Shown: in pieces, positions 11,101-20,688 of the stretch
How positions within the stretch are numbered: position 1 is the stretch's first letter
Layout: each line of letters opens with the position of its first letter
Assembly: GCA_965218795.1 (NCBI GenBank)
Contig: OZ244653.1
Location: 1 to 64,000 of the forward strand
Reading direction: 5' to 3'
DNA length: 64,000 nt
Origin: a bacterium
Lineage (GTDB): Bacteria; UBA8248; JACPRG01; G963555815
The notes under the pieces: model-generated
What the model saw: the letters and a program-made list of their open reading frames with translations, nothing else
What the model was told of the DNA's origin: nothing
The model's database searches: none
Program-made: the position numbers and the translations under genes

Positions 11101-11672
11101 GCGACCCCAGTGTGGTCCTGACGCCGGAGCAGAAATCCCAGATCGCCGAATTGAAGGAGGAACAGGATCGGGTCGAAGCCAAGACCGTCGAGGTTCGAAA
11201 AAAGGTCGAGCAGATCATGAAGATCCTGCCGTTCCTCAGTCCCGAGATCGCCAAGAACTTGAAAAACGCGGGCGATGCCATGGGCGGATCGTCGAAAGAA
11301 CTGGGAGGGCAAAGGGCGGACAAGGCCGTTCCCCATGAACGCGACGCTATCTACTGGCTGAGCCGCGCGGGAAACAACATGCGCAGCGCAATGCAGCAGA
11401 TGGCCCGCAGGGGCCGCTTCGGCGGGGCCCCCGCTCCGAGTGTCGTTCAGCCGGGGGGCAGGCCGTCCATCGCCCTGCAGTGGCGGCCGAGCGTGGGTGA
11501 GCAGGAGGGCGGCCGAACCGGAGCCAGCAACCGGGATTTCCGCCTCCCGGATAAGGACGCCTACAAGGTCCCGAAAGTCTACCGTGAAGAAGTGGTCGAT
11601 GCGCTGAAGGGGCAATTTCCGCCGGCGTACCGCGATCAAATCGAACAGTACTTTAAAAATCTGGTTGAGTAG
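8103..11672 (+). CDS. Large membrane-anchored protein with beta-rich domains and a long coiled-coil (DUF4175-like)
   Basis: Three N-terminal TM segments, YPRYTG, D..P.I, ARDDFG, VRDND...GPK, Q/E/R-rich helical region, C-terminal P..Y...IEQYF. Confidence 0.65.
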   Translation: MTNSEPSSGSPSLDFLRQFLRSAEIHLRLWNLLQTGLWAVGLGCVVILLGIGANTLRDVWAFTPPVFAGLAVCLAVWAFGVLLWKGFRRIPSDQVAFLIEQRRPDLNNSLISSVQLTRQGLPGEGERASGRHSSLVDALLRRTAEAVRSIPAGEAVERSQIRRPGQFAATLAALILMVAFFRPGLLSESWKLLIHPIDSMPLRAISIQTQPASGKILLGRPITLTATTSGRRTKTLQVEIRPEQGKPQTLEMTPVVPADGEKREFTYRTPPVRGSFSYRAFVGGETSEPQRLEAVPPPAVGEMQAVYTYPRYTGLKREVRKGSGYVRALMGTEVTLSLKTNKPVESGRLVFQSGAEVPLDVADPQNPRGRFIVLSKDSYRIILRDRWGFENPDPVRYAIDVAPDRIPAIEMLTPKGELTVNGGETIGIQYLARDDFGIEDIRLVLHSTVGASARKAGAEGKGGRREVLISKINGTKRWESGRYEWDLRDLGLGPGSIVTTRLAVRDNDAISGPKEGFSKPVRIRVRSPEEEHKRVKDLQKNLTDRILGLLGDQLELEADASEKLGESPDGLDRREDSAKTRPPTSMEDRHALRQTSERIEEDVRSLISEIDRVMSRTARDRQSGYDSFADLNALRSNLFYLQREMMPQARKPIEGGNGPSTQPGTEPSPPARGSSPPAEKNRRAESLERFRDAQRNVTREIERMAVFADDIGKRSQIRDLARLGRQLASAQNRMLDAFDRAKDGDPAARKALEETLAKLRDLLNKLSQRLRNLPVQLPEEFMNMPTNQSLNMSDISRRLQEIQRKMRQGDMEGARRLAEQMVKSLSQMIAALQGAMQQAMNQASNRFGRSAQRQQNILQELLARQRALLDKTRKIESPMMEKYRDLQRQAFERVEGEAGRALQELRRLGKEIEDLPLPLADQFPGEKEGEALERSLNRRELKDAGKTADALGGLSRKVAEAVRHLKQEEAPPDESPVVTGYRKLGDDFDKLREGLNQLPSDPSVVLTPEQKSQIAELKEEQDRVEAKTVEVRKKVEQIMKILPFLSPEIAKNLKNAGDAMGGSSKELGGQRADKAVPHERDAIYWLSRAGNNMRSAMQQMARRGRFGGAPAPSVVQPGGRPSIALQWRPSVGEQEGGRTGASNRDFRLPDKDAYKVPKVYREEVVDALKGQFPPAYRDQIEQYFKNLVE

Positions 11673-11677
11673 CCGGA

Positions 11678-13369
11678 ATGGAAGCGGGCCGCACCCAGGT
11701 GAATGAGCGATTCAAGGCGCGGGGATGCGCAAGCCCCTCTCGCCGGGCGGCATGCTGGGTGGCTGGATGGATCCTGGCCGCCGCGTTTCTCGCTCCGTTC
11801 TCCAATGCCGGCGCTTTGCCTGACTTTGACCGCCCCGATGCGGCGGCCGAGGAGTCCTTGCGCGTCTGGGCGCCCGACCGCGAACTCCCCCGTGTATCGG
11901 CCCAGATCCGGGCGGGGGGAGCGAATGCCTATCTGTATGCCCTCCACGCGAAGCTGCTGTTCCATGCCGGGCGTTACAAAGAAGCCCTCCGGTCCGCGCG
12001 CCAGGCGGAGAAGCTGTCTCCCGAGAATGAGCCCATTAAGGGTCTCGCCGTGTTCTTGCAACGTACCCTCGACGCCAGAAAGGGATTCCAAGTGGTCCGC
12101 GGCCGGGGGTTTGAACTTCACCACCTGCCCGGCCGGGATACGCTGCTTGCGGAACAGGCCCTGAAAGCGGCCGAGAAAAGCCGGGAGGTGCTTGCGCCGA
12201 TCTTCCATATCCCGACGGGGGCTTCGCGGCCGCCGGTCCGGATCGAGATCTACCCCTCTGCGGAAAAATTCCATTGGGCGTCCGGACTGTCCCGGCGGGA
12301 CATCGAGGTCACGGGCGCGGTGGGCATCACGGCGTTCAACAAGGTGATGATCATCTCTCCACGCGCCCTCACGCGGGGCTATCGGTGGGTGGATACCCTC
12401 AGCCACGAGTACGTCCACTATCTTCTCGTCATCGCCTCGAAGAACAACGCGCCCATATGGTTCCATGAAGGCTTGGCCAAGTACCTCGAGACGCGCTGGC
12501 GCTCGCAGGACAGCCTTTACCTGGGGCCGGCCCCCCGAACGCTCCTGGCCGAAGCGGTCAGGGATGACTCCTTCGTGAGCTTTCAGCAGATGGAGCCGTC
12601 TCTGGTGCGTCTGCCCAATCCCAGGCAGGTCCAGCTGGCCTACGCCGAAGGGGCATCGGCGATTGATTTCATCTTCGAGCATTACGGCCCAAAAAAATTC
12701 CTCGGCATCATTTCCGACCTGGCCACCTCGCCCAAGCGCAAGCTGGCCGAATCCTTCCGAGCGGCTCTCGGGGTCGACCTGGCCCGGTTCGAGAAGGCCT
12801 GGAAGGCGGATTTGCGATCGAGGGCCCTCCAGCCCGTGGATGGCGTCTGGATCCCATCCTACAAGGTGAAGGATGGTCAGACGCGGACGGAGGCCGAGGA
12901 TTATCGGGCCATCCGATCGGTCGCTGCCCGAAACCACCTGCGGCTCGGCGACATGCTCTGGACCCGGGGCCGTCAAAAGCCCGCCATCATGGAGTATGTC
13001 CGCGCGGTCCGAGAGAGTCCCGGCACGCCTTACCTGCGAAACCGGCTGGCGATGCGCCTCATGGCCGTGGGAAGGGAGAAGACCGCACTGAGGCAGCTGG
13101 AGCAGGCGCGCCGCTTGGGGCCGGACTACGGGCCAACCCATACACTGTTGGGCCACGTTCATCTGCGGGGGGGCCGCATGGAGGAAGCGAAATCGGCCTA
13201 CCTGGAATCATTCCAGATCAATCCATTCGACCCGTCCATTCATCAGGGATTGTCCATGATCTATTCAAAGCTGGGCGATACGGAAAATTCCCGGAAGGCC
13301 GCGGAGACATTCCGGCGGCTGACGCAGGGCCCTTCCCGCGCCCCATCGAGCCGACCCGCAACGGAGTGA
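11678..13369 (+). CDS. Clan MA (gluzincin-like) metallopeptidase with TPR repeats, probably exported
   Basis: LSHEYVH plus PIWFHEGLAKY and a downstream LAY; TPR-like helices at both ends; hydrophobic N-terminal segment. Confidence 0.8.
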   Translation: MEAGRTQVNERFKARGCASPSRRAACWVAGWILAAAFLAPFSNAGALPDFDRPDAAAEESLRVWAPDRELPRVSAQIRAGGANAYLYALHAKLLFHAGRYKEALRSARQAEKLSPENEPIKGLAVFLQRTLDARKGFQVVRGRGFELHHLPGRDTLLAEQALKAAEKSREVLAPIFHIPTGASRPPVRIEIYPSAEKFHWASGLSRRDIEVTGAVGITAFNKVMIISPRALTRGYRWVDTLSHEYVHYLLVIASKNNAPIWFHEGLAKYLETRWRSQDSLYLGPAPRTLLAEAVRDDSFVSFQQMEPSLVRLPNPRQVQLAYAEGASAIDFIFEHYGPKKFLGIISDLATSPKRKLAESFRAALGVDLARFEKAWKADLRSRALQPVDGVWIPSYKVKDGQTRTEAEDYRAIRSVAARNHLRLGDMLWTRGRQKPAIMEYVRAVRESPGTPYLRNRLAMRLMAVGREKTALRQLEQARRLGPDYGPTHTLLGHVHLRGGRMEEAKSAYLESFQINPFDPSIHQGLSMIYSKLGDTENSRKAAETFRRLTQGPSRAPSSRPATE

Positions 13370-13372
13370 CGC

Positions 13373-14413
13373 ATGGAAGACGCCTTGGAAACCACAGAGG
13401 GCCCGCGATTGGATGATGATCTGAAAAAGGTTGAGACTATCTCGAACGGACGGGAGGCCATCCTTCACGAGATTCGGAAGATCATCGTTGGCCAGGACGG
13501 CGTGATCGACCTGTTGCTCATCGCCCTGTTCGCCCGCGGGCATTCTCTCCTGGTGGGCGTGCCGGGACTGGCCAAGACTCTGTTGATCAACACGCTGGCG
13601 CAGGCCCTCGATGTGAAATTCGGGCGGATTCAGTTCACGCCTGACCTCATGCCGTCGGACATCACAGGGACGGATATCCTTCAGGAGGATCCGGAGACGG
13701 GGCGTCGCCGGTTCCAGTTCGTCCACGGACCGGTGTTTACGAACATCCTCTTGGCCGATGAAATCAACCGCACTCCGCCCAAGACGCAGGCGGCCCTGCT
13801 TCAGGCCATGCAGGAATACCGGGTGACGGCCGGCAGGCGCACCTATCGCCTGGAGCCCCCTTTCTTCGTCCTCGCGACCCAAAACCCGATCGAGCAGGAA
13901 GGCACCTATCCCCTGCCCGAGGCGCAGCTCGACCGGTTCATGTTCAATATCCACATCCGGTATCCGTCCTTCGAGGATGAGGCGGAGATCGTGTCCCGGA
14001 CGACGGGCACCGATCTCCCCAAGGTCGAACCGGTGGAGGTTTCTCGCGATCTCATTCAGCTCCAAGATGTCGTGCGCCGGGTGCCGGCGGCGGATTATGT
14101 CGTCCGGTATGCAGTCAATCTGGTCCAGCGGTCCCGGCCGGACCATGAGGACGCGCCGGAGTTCGTCCGGAGCTACGTCAGCTGGGGCGCGGGCCCGCGG
14201 GCCTCGCAATACCTGGTACTGGGAGCAAAGGCGCGGGCCATTCTCAACGGGCGCTTTAATGCCTCCGAAGAGGACATTCGGGTCCTGGCGGACTCCGTCC
14301 TCCGCCACCGCATCCTGACGAATTTCAACGCCGAAGCAGACCGGGTGACGTCCGATGACGTCATCGAGCAGCTTCTTGCCACCGTCGAGCCGGAGGCGGC
14401 GCTGAAGGCTTGA
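13373..14413 (+). CDS. moxR: MoxR-family AAA+ ATPase
   Basis: GVPGLAKT, RIQFTPDLMPSDITG, DEINRTPPKTQ, ATQNPIEQEGTYPLPEAQLDRF. Confidence 0.95.
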   Translation: MEDALETTEGPRLDDDLKKVETISNGREAILHEIRKIIVGQDGVIDLLLIALFARGHSLLVGVPGLAKTLLINTLAQALDVKFGRIQFTPDLMPSDITGTDILQEDPETGRRRFQFVHGPVFTNILLADEINRTPPKTQAALLQAMQEYRVTAGRRTYRLEPPFFVLATQNPIEQEGTYPLPEAQLDRFMFNIHIRYPSFEDEAEIVSRTTGTDLPKVEPVEVSRDLIQLQDVVRRVPAADYVVRYAVNLVQRSRPDHEDAPEFVRSYVSWGAGPRASQYLVLGAKARAILNGRFNASEEDIRVLADSVLRHRILTNFNAEADRVTSDDVIEQLLATVEPEAALKA

Positions 14414-14501
14414 TGGTAAGGTTCGGCCCGCGCGCCCCGATGTTTTCCGGAGAGCCTCCTTGGATTGTCAATCCGCCTGGCGACGTGACCGGACTCACTG
14501 A

Positions 14502-15392
14502 ATGAAATACCTCGACCCCAACCTGCTGAATCGGATCTCCCGAAGGACGCTGGAGGCGCGATTCGTGATGGCGGGGAACCTCTCAGGCATCCATCGAAGT
14601 CCGTTCAAGGGCGTCAGCGTGGAGTTCACCTCTCACCGGGAGTACACACCCGGCGACGAGCTTCGCCATCTCGACTGGAACGTGTACGCGAAGTCCGATC
14701 GGTTTTTCGTGAAGGAGCATGAGGCTGAAACCAACCTGAAGGCCCTCATTCTCCTCGATGCCAGCGGGTCGATGGGGTATCCATCCAACGGCGGCCCCAG
14801 CAAGTTCGAGTACGGATGCTCTTTGGCCGCGGCCCTGGCCCACCTCCTTCTTTCCCAGGGAGACCAGGTGGGGCTCGTCCTCTTCGGGGACGATATCCGC
14901 AGGAAGCTCCCTCCCAGCGGGCGGCGGACGCAGCTCCTGGCCATCGCCCAGGCACTCGAGCGCGAGTCGCCATCCGGCGATACAGGGATCCATCCCGTCC
15001 TTCAGAAGATGGCCGCGGACGTCTGGCGCCGCGGGCTGACCGTCGTGATTTCAGACCTTTTGGAAGACCCGGACGAGGTCATGCGGGGGTTGCGGCTGTT
15101 CCGGTACCAGCGGCACGAGGTGATCGTTTTCCATCTCCTGCATGGGGACGAGGTGGATTTCCCGTTCGACGGAATGACCCGCTTCGAAGACCTCGAGACG
15201 GACCGCAAGCTGACCGCCGACCCGGGGGACATCGCGGAGATCTATCGGAATCTGGTCGGCGATTTCGTGAATCGTTACAAGAGCCTTTGCCGTCAGGACC
15301 TCATTGATTACCAGCTCTTCCGCACGGAGGTTCCGCTGGAGACGGCCCTGGTTCGGTACATTGCCTCTCGGGGCGGGTCGGGAGTGCATTAG
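14502..15392 (+). CDS. DUF58 (VWA-like) MoxR partner
   Basis: G.HRS..KG.SVEF..HREY.PGDELRHLDW and LDASGSM. Confidence 0.9.
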   Translation: MKYLDPNLLNRISRRTLEARFVMAGNLSGIHRSPFKGVSVEFTSHREYTPGDELRHLDWNVYAKSDRFFVKEHEAETNLKALILLDASGSMGYPSNGGPSKFEYGCSLAAALAHLLLSQGDQVGLVLFGDDIRRKLPPSGRRTQLLAIAQALERESPSGDTGIHPVLQKMAADVWRRGLTVVISDLLEDPDEVMRGLRLFRYQRHEVIVFHLLHGDEVDFPFDGMTRFEDLETDRKLTADPGDIAEIYRNLVGDFVNRYKSLCRQDLIDYQLFRTEVPLETALVRYIASRGGSGVH

Positions 15393-15394
15393 AG

Positions 15395-17547
15395 ATGGGG
15401 TTACATTTTCTGAATCCGATTTTCTGGTGGGGTGCTCTTGCGGCGGCCGTACCCATCATCGTCCACCTTATCCACCGACGGCGGACGAAGACGGTCCGGT
15501 TCGCCATGCTGGACTTCATCCTCCAGTCCCAGAAGCGGAAGACCCGAAAGTTTCGCCTGAAAGAATGGCTTCTGCTGGCGGTGCGAACCGCCATGGTGCT
15601 GGCCTTGGTCGGCATGGGCGCGCATCCGGTCGTCACGCAGGCCGCCGAAACCTTCGGGCGGGCCTACCCCTCCCACTTGGTTGTGATCGTCGACACGTCC
15701 ATGAGCATGCGGTTTGCGGACGGGGACCGAACCCGCTTCGACACGGGCGTGGCATGGCTCAAATCCCTGCTGGCTCCGATGCGGGGGACGAATCTGGCGG
15801 TGTTGACGACAAATCCGGATGAGGCTTCGGAAGCCGGCGCGCAGACGTTCTCCCCCGGCCCGGAAGAGGCCACGGAAATCCTTGATGCCCTCCGGCCCAC
15901 GTACGGGGAAGCGGATATCCTCGGCGCCCTTCAGCGGGCCTATGGAATGCTCCGGGTTTTTCCCGGCAGCGCCGGATCGGGTAAGGAAATTCTTTTTTTG
16001 ACGACGGATCGGCGAACGGCTGGAAGGCGTTCTCCACGGGCCGGCTGAAGAAGGTGGATCCGGACGTGACGGTGAGGGTGGCGCGGTGGGGACGGGAGAC
16101 CGGCGATCCCAACGTCGCCGTCGACCGAGTGGGGCTCTTGGGCCAGGATCCCATCCAGGGAATTCCGGTTACGTTGAAGGCCCGGGTGCGCAACCACGGC
16201 GATGAAGACCGAAAACTCCCTGTCGCCCTCTGGGTCGGGGCTGCTGGCGGCCGGAAACTGGAGGAACGTTCTGTCCAGATCCCCGCGCGCGGACGGACGG
16301 AGGTCACCTTTCAGGCGAAGTTCGATACACCGGGCTATCTCCCCGGGACCATCCGAATTCAGACCGACGGCCTGCCGGCCGACGATAGGTTCCACTTTGC
16401 ATTGTTCGTCAGGGCCCGCCCGAGGATCCTGCTCGTGGACGGAGATCCGAAGACCTCCCTCCTGGGGGGCGAGACATATTACCTGACCCAGGCCTTGGCG
16501 CCCCGTCGGGGGCTTGCCCAATCCCCGTTCCGCACGCGATGGATTCCACTGCGCGCCCTCAGCGAGGCGGACGTCAAAGAGGCCGACGTGTTGGTCTTCG
16601 CCAACGTGTCGGACATTCCCGCCGAGCTTCGGGAGACGGTGGTGACCCGCGTTCGGGGAGGCGCCGGCGTCATCTGGTTCATGGGCAATCGGGTCTCCCC
16701 GGAGCGATACGATGCCTCCTTTCGCTCCATCGGGCTCCTGCCCGCCCGTTTGATTGATATCCGCGAATCCAGCGATGCCGGAGAGGAAGTGGATGTGATC
16801 CGCTTCCGGCACCCGGCCCTTCGGGTCTTTGCGGGTCTCGGGAAAGCGGTCTTCGCCGGCAGCCGGTTCAGGCGGTACGTCGGGATGGTCGAAACGTCCG
16901 CATCGGACGTTCTGATGCGGCTCAGGGGGGGAACGCCCCTGCTGGTGGAATCTTCATTGGGCAAGGGCCGGGTGATGGTGTTCGGCTCTACTGCCGACCG
17001 GGACTGGAGCGACTTCAGCATTCGCGGCGGCTACCTCCCGTTTGTTCACAACCTGTTTCTGTACCTGGGCTGCCGGGTGTGCGCCGGCGGGGAAATGCCG
17101 GCCGGCCTGGGCGACCTCGTGACAGTGGGGAGCGCGTGGGTACGTGAGGGGAGCATCTCCCGGGCCGGTGAAAACGCCGTCCTGACGGGACCTCGGGATT
17201 TTGAACGCGTCCTTCCCTGGTCGGCGGGGGAGGGCGATCGGGCGGATCGGGCGTGGGTTCGCTATCGGGCGCTGGGTGAGATTGGAATGTATTCGTTCGA
17301 GCCGACCCAGGGGGTCAAAGTCTTATTCTCGGTGAATCCTCCCCCGGCGGAATCCAGCCTCGCCCCGCTGCCGGACGAAGAGTTGCGCGCCAAGTTCGGG
17401 GATTTGAAACTCGAGGCCCTTTGGAGGGAGGGCATTCCGGCGGACTACAATCCATGGAAGGAATCGCGGAGGGATTTGACATCCATGCTGATTTGGGCGT
17501 TGCTGGGGTTGGGCGCCGCCGAGGTTGTGATAGCGGGGCGGCAATGA
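15395..17547 (+). CDS. BatA-type N-terminal anchor + VWA + Ig/CARDB-like + GATase-like domain protein; single frameshift near 15993-16003
   Basis: FLNP..WGAL...PIIVHL and MIDAS DTSMSM; one extra base restores ...LF(L)TDGSANGWKAF... joining ORFs 15395-16048 and 16054-17547; C-terminal TM. Confidence 0.75.
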
Positions 17548-17605
17548 CCGCCGAACGGCTCGACGGCTTGCGTCGCCGATCAGGGGACCCGATGAGAGGC
17601 CGAAA

Positions 17606-18394
17606 TTGAAACGACTGACACGCAGAAGATTCATGCAGGCGGCCGCCGCGGCGCTGTCCTCGGTCGGGTTCCTGATGGGACGGCGTGCCCACGGACAGGT
17701 GGATCTGTCCGACGATCCCGATCGGGCGGAGCGGTTCGTCTTCGCCCAGGTGCGAACGCGAGGAGGCGATTGGGATCCGCACCCCATGGCGCACCGTCCG
17801 CTCCTGCTGGAAGTGATGGCGCGGACGAGCGTGGAGGCCTCCCTGGATCGCAAAGTCCTTTCCCTGGGGTCCAGAGAGATTTTCTCCAACCCGTTCCTCT
17901 GCCTGACCGGGACGGAGGCGTTCGAGCCCTTCAGTGAGCAGGAGCGCGACAATCTTCAGCTGTATTTGGAAAGCGGCGGCCTCCTCTTCGCGGAGGACGC
18001 GGCGGGACATCTCGGCACGGGATTCGACCAGGCCTTTCGCGAGGAGATCGGACGTATCCTGCCGAAGCGGGAGATTCGGAGGCTTCCCTCCAACCACACC
18101 ATCTATCGGTCGTTTTACCTGATCCGTCAGGTGGGCGGCCGGCGAATCGTTCATCCCTATCTGGAAGGGATCCAGCTCGGAGACATGACCCCCGTCATTT
18201 ACAGCCAGAACGATCTGGGGGGCGCTTGGGAGAAGGATCCCGTCGGAAACTGGGTCAATCAGTGTGAGCCCGGCGGCGAGGCCCAGCGCCGGGACGCTTT
18301 CAAGCTGGGGGTCAATATCGTCCTGTATGCCCTGACCGCCAATTACAAGCAGGACAAAATCCACCTTCCCTTCATCAAGCGTCGCGTCGGATAA
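17606..18394 (+). CDS. DUF4159-family protein with twin-arginine signal
   Basis: LTRRRFMQ Tat motif; PFL.LTG, L..YL..GG.LF, NDLGGAWE, GVNIVLYALT.NYK.D..H. Confidence 0.8.
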   Translation: MKRLTRRRFMQAAAAALSSVGFLMGRRAHGQVDLSDDPDRAERFVFAQVRTRGGDWDPHPMAHRPLLLEVMARTSVEASLDRKVLSLGSREIFSNPFLCLTGTEAFEPFSEQERDNLQLYLESGGLLFAEDAAGHLGTGFDQAFREEIGRILPKREIRRLPSNHTIYRSFYLIRQVGGRRIVHPYLEGIQLGDMTPVIYSQNDLGGAWEKDPVGNWVNQCEPGGEAQRRDAFKLGVNIVLYALTANYKQDKIHLPFIKRRVG

Positions 18395-18402
18395 CTCGAC
18401 TC

Positions 18403-20688
18403 ATGGAATCCCTGGTTCGTGAATCCTTCTACTTCGCCCGTTGGCCGTCGCTCTTGTGGTTCATTCCGCTTTGTCTGGCCGCGGCGGCTCTTCTGGTTCT
18501 GTACTGGCGCCGCGCGCGCGGTCCCGCTGGCTTTCGCGTCACTTTTCTTTTGACAGCGCTTCGGGGATTGGTTTTCGCGATTCTGCTGATTTATCTTTTC
18601 CAGCCCACGCTGCTCCGTCAGACGCTTCAGCAGATTCCGCCGAATGTGGCGGTGCTGGTGGACCGTTCGGCCAGCATGGACGCCAAGGAAGAGGGAGAGG
18701 CGAGGGCGGCCCGGGTGGCTCCGCTCCTGGAGGGGGAAGATGCGCCTCTTCGCCGGGCGCTGCGGCCGGCCGGAAAAGTCCGGTATTTCCACTTTGACCG
18801 CAGCGTGCGCCCCGTAGAGCCGGAGTCGGCGGCGGGGCAAGCCGAAAATGCAGGAACCGGAACGGATATCGCCGGCGCCCTGACCGAGGTTCGGGCCCTG
18901 AACCCGGGAAATCCGCCCGCGGCGGTCGTCCTGTTGAGCGACGGGCGATCGAACCTGGGCTCCGTCGACGCACAGGAGGCCGCACGGCGCGCAGGCGTTC
19001 CGGTCGTGGCTGTGGGGCTCGGTCGCCGGGAGAACTTCCAGGACCTTCAACTCCTGGACCTCAAAGCTCCCGACCTTTCTTTTGTCCGGCACGAGACCCA
19101 GGTGAGTTTCCGGCTTCGCGCCCTCGGGTTCAAGGGGAGGCGGATCACCCTTGTGCTGAAGAGCGGCGGTCAGCTGATGGCCACGCGCGGTGTCGATTTG
19201 GACCGGGACGCCTTTGATGAGCGGATCACCTTCACTTTCCGCCCCACCGAGGTTGGATTGTTCCGCTTGGCGCTCGAGGCCTTCTCCCAACTCGGTGAAC
19301 ACAGCCGCGCCAACAACACCGTCGATTTCTCCATGCAAGTGCTTCGCGACAAACTCCGGGTGCTCTATGTCAGCGGCCGACCTTCCTGGAGTTACCGTTT
19401 CTTCCGCCGCGCCCTCAAACAGGATCCCGGGATTGACATGGTTTCCTTTGTCATCTTGCGGACCATCACCGACGACGTGAACATCCCGCAAAGCGAGCTC
19501 AGCCTGATCTCCTTTCCGACCGAGCGGATCTTCACGAGCGAGCTGCACAACTTCGATCTGCTGATTTTTGATAATTTCTCTTTCCGCCCCTATTTCCCGT
19601 TTTACTACTTGGAGAACATCGCGAAGTATGTGACCAACGGGGGCGCCTTTCTGATGATCGGCGGCGATTCCTCTTTTGGAGCAGGGGGGTACGGCGACTC
19701 GCCCGTCGAGCATATTCTTCCCGTGGAGATGAGGCCCCGGGGCGAGACGTACTCGAACCGGCCGGTGACGGCTTCACTCACGGAGGTCGGCCGTTCACAT
19801 CCCATCACCCGGCTCAGCTCCGACGCGCAGGAAAACCTCAGGCTTTGGGGTTCGCTCCCGCCCCTGCGCGGTATCAATCCGGTGGTTCGGGCCCGGGACG
19901 CGGCCACGGTTCTCGCCGTCGCGCAGCCCGGCGGAGGCCCGGCGTCCCCGGCGGGCGGAGGTCGTCCCCTGATGGCCGTGATGGAGGCGGGAAAGGGGCG
20001 GACCATGGCCATCCTTTCCAGTTCAGTGTGGCGATGGTATTTCGAGAGTATCGGGCAGAGAGAGGGAAATCGGTCCTACCTGAACCTGGTCAAGCGCTCG
20101 GTGGATTGGCTTGTTCGCTCGCCTTCTCTGGATCGGGTCCGGTTGTCGGGGCTCCGAAGAGAGTACAAAGTCGGCGAGGACGCGGAAGTCCGTCTTCGGG
20201 TTCTCGACAAGAATTACCGTCCCGCCCCCGGAGCCGATATCGACAGCCGTCTCGTCGATCCATACGGAAACCGAGTGCCCGTCAAGTTTACCCCCGGCCG
20301 GGAGCCGGGACTGTACGCGGCCCGTCCCCGCCTGAAAACGCCGGGTCCTTACCGCCTGGAGGCCGAAGCCCGGCGGGGAGATGAAGAACTCGGCGCATCG
20401 GCCCTGCTCCTCGACGCCCAGACATTCAATGTGGAGGAGGAGGATGCCTCGCCGCACCCGGCATTTCTGCGCACCCTCGCCCGGGCGTCCAAGGGACTGT
20501 TCTATCCGGCCAAGGAGTTTGACGCCCGGGCGGTCTCGGAGGTTGCCGAATTGGTGAAATCCCGCGCCCGGTTGAACCTGGTCGAGGAGCGCGAGATGCC
20601 GTTGTGGAAGCTCGAATACGCGTTCGCTGCCCTCGTTTTCCTTCTCGGATTGGAGTGGTTGCTCAGACGGCGGAGAGGTCTGGCGTGA
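18403..20688 (+). CDS. Membrane-anchored VWA + glutamine amidotransferase-like domain protein
   Basis: N-terminal TM pair, MIDAS DRSASM, LLSDG, GG.FLMIGG..SFG.GGY..SP, C-terminal EWLLRRRRGLA. Confidence 0.8.
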   Translation: MESLVRESFYFARWPSLLWFIPLCLAAAALLVLYWRRARGPAGFRVTFLLTALRGLVFAILLIYLFQPTLLRQTLQQIPPNVAVLVDRSASMDAKEEGEARAARVAPLLEGEDAPLRRALRPAGKVRYFHFDRSVRPVEPESAAGQAENAGTGTDIAGALTEVRALNPGNPPAAVVLLSDGRSNLGSVDAQEAARRAGVPVVAVGLGRRENFQDLQLLDLKAPDLSFVRHETQVSFRLRALGFKGRRITLVLKSGGQLMATRGVDLDRDAFDERITFTFRPTEVGLFRLALEAFSQLGEHSRANNTVDFSMQVLRDKLRVLYVSGRPSWSYRFFRRALKQDPGIDMVSFVILRTITDDVNIPQSELSLISFPTERIFTSELHNFDLLIFDNFSFRPYFPFYYLENIAKYVTNGGAFLMIGGDSSFGAGGYGDSPVEHILPVEMRPRGETYSNRPVTASLTEVGRSHPITRLSSDAQENLRLWGSLPPLRGINPVVRARDAATVLAVAQPGGGPASPAGGGRPLMAVMEAGKGRTMAILSSSVWRWYFESIGQREGNRSYLNLVKRSVDWLVRSPSLDRVRLSGLRREYKVGEDAEVRLRVLDKNYRPAPGADIDSRLVDPYGNRVPVKFTPGREPGLYAARPRLKTPGPYRLEAEARRGDEELGASALLLDAQTFNVEEEDASPHPAFLRTLARASKGLFYPAKEFDARAVSEVAELVKSRARLNLVEEREMPLWKLEYAFAALVFLLGLEWLLRRRRGLA

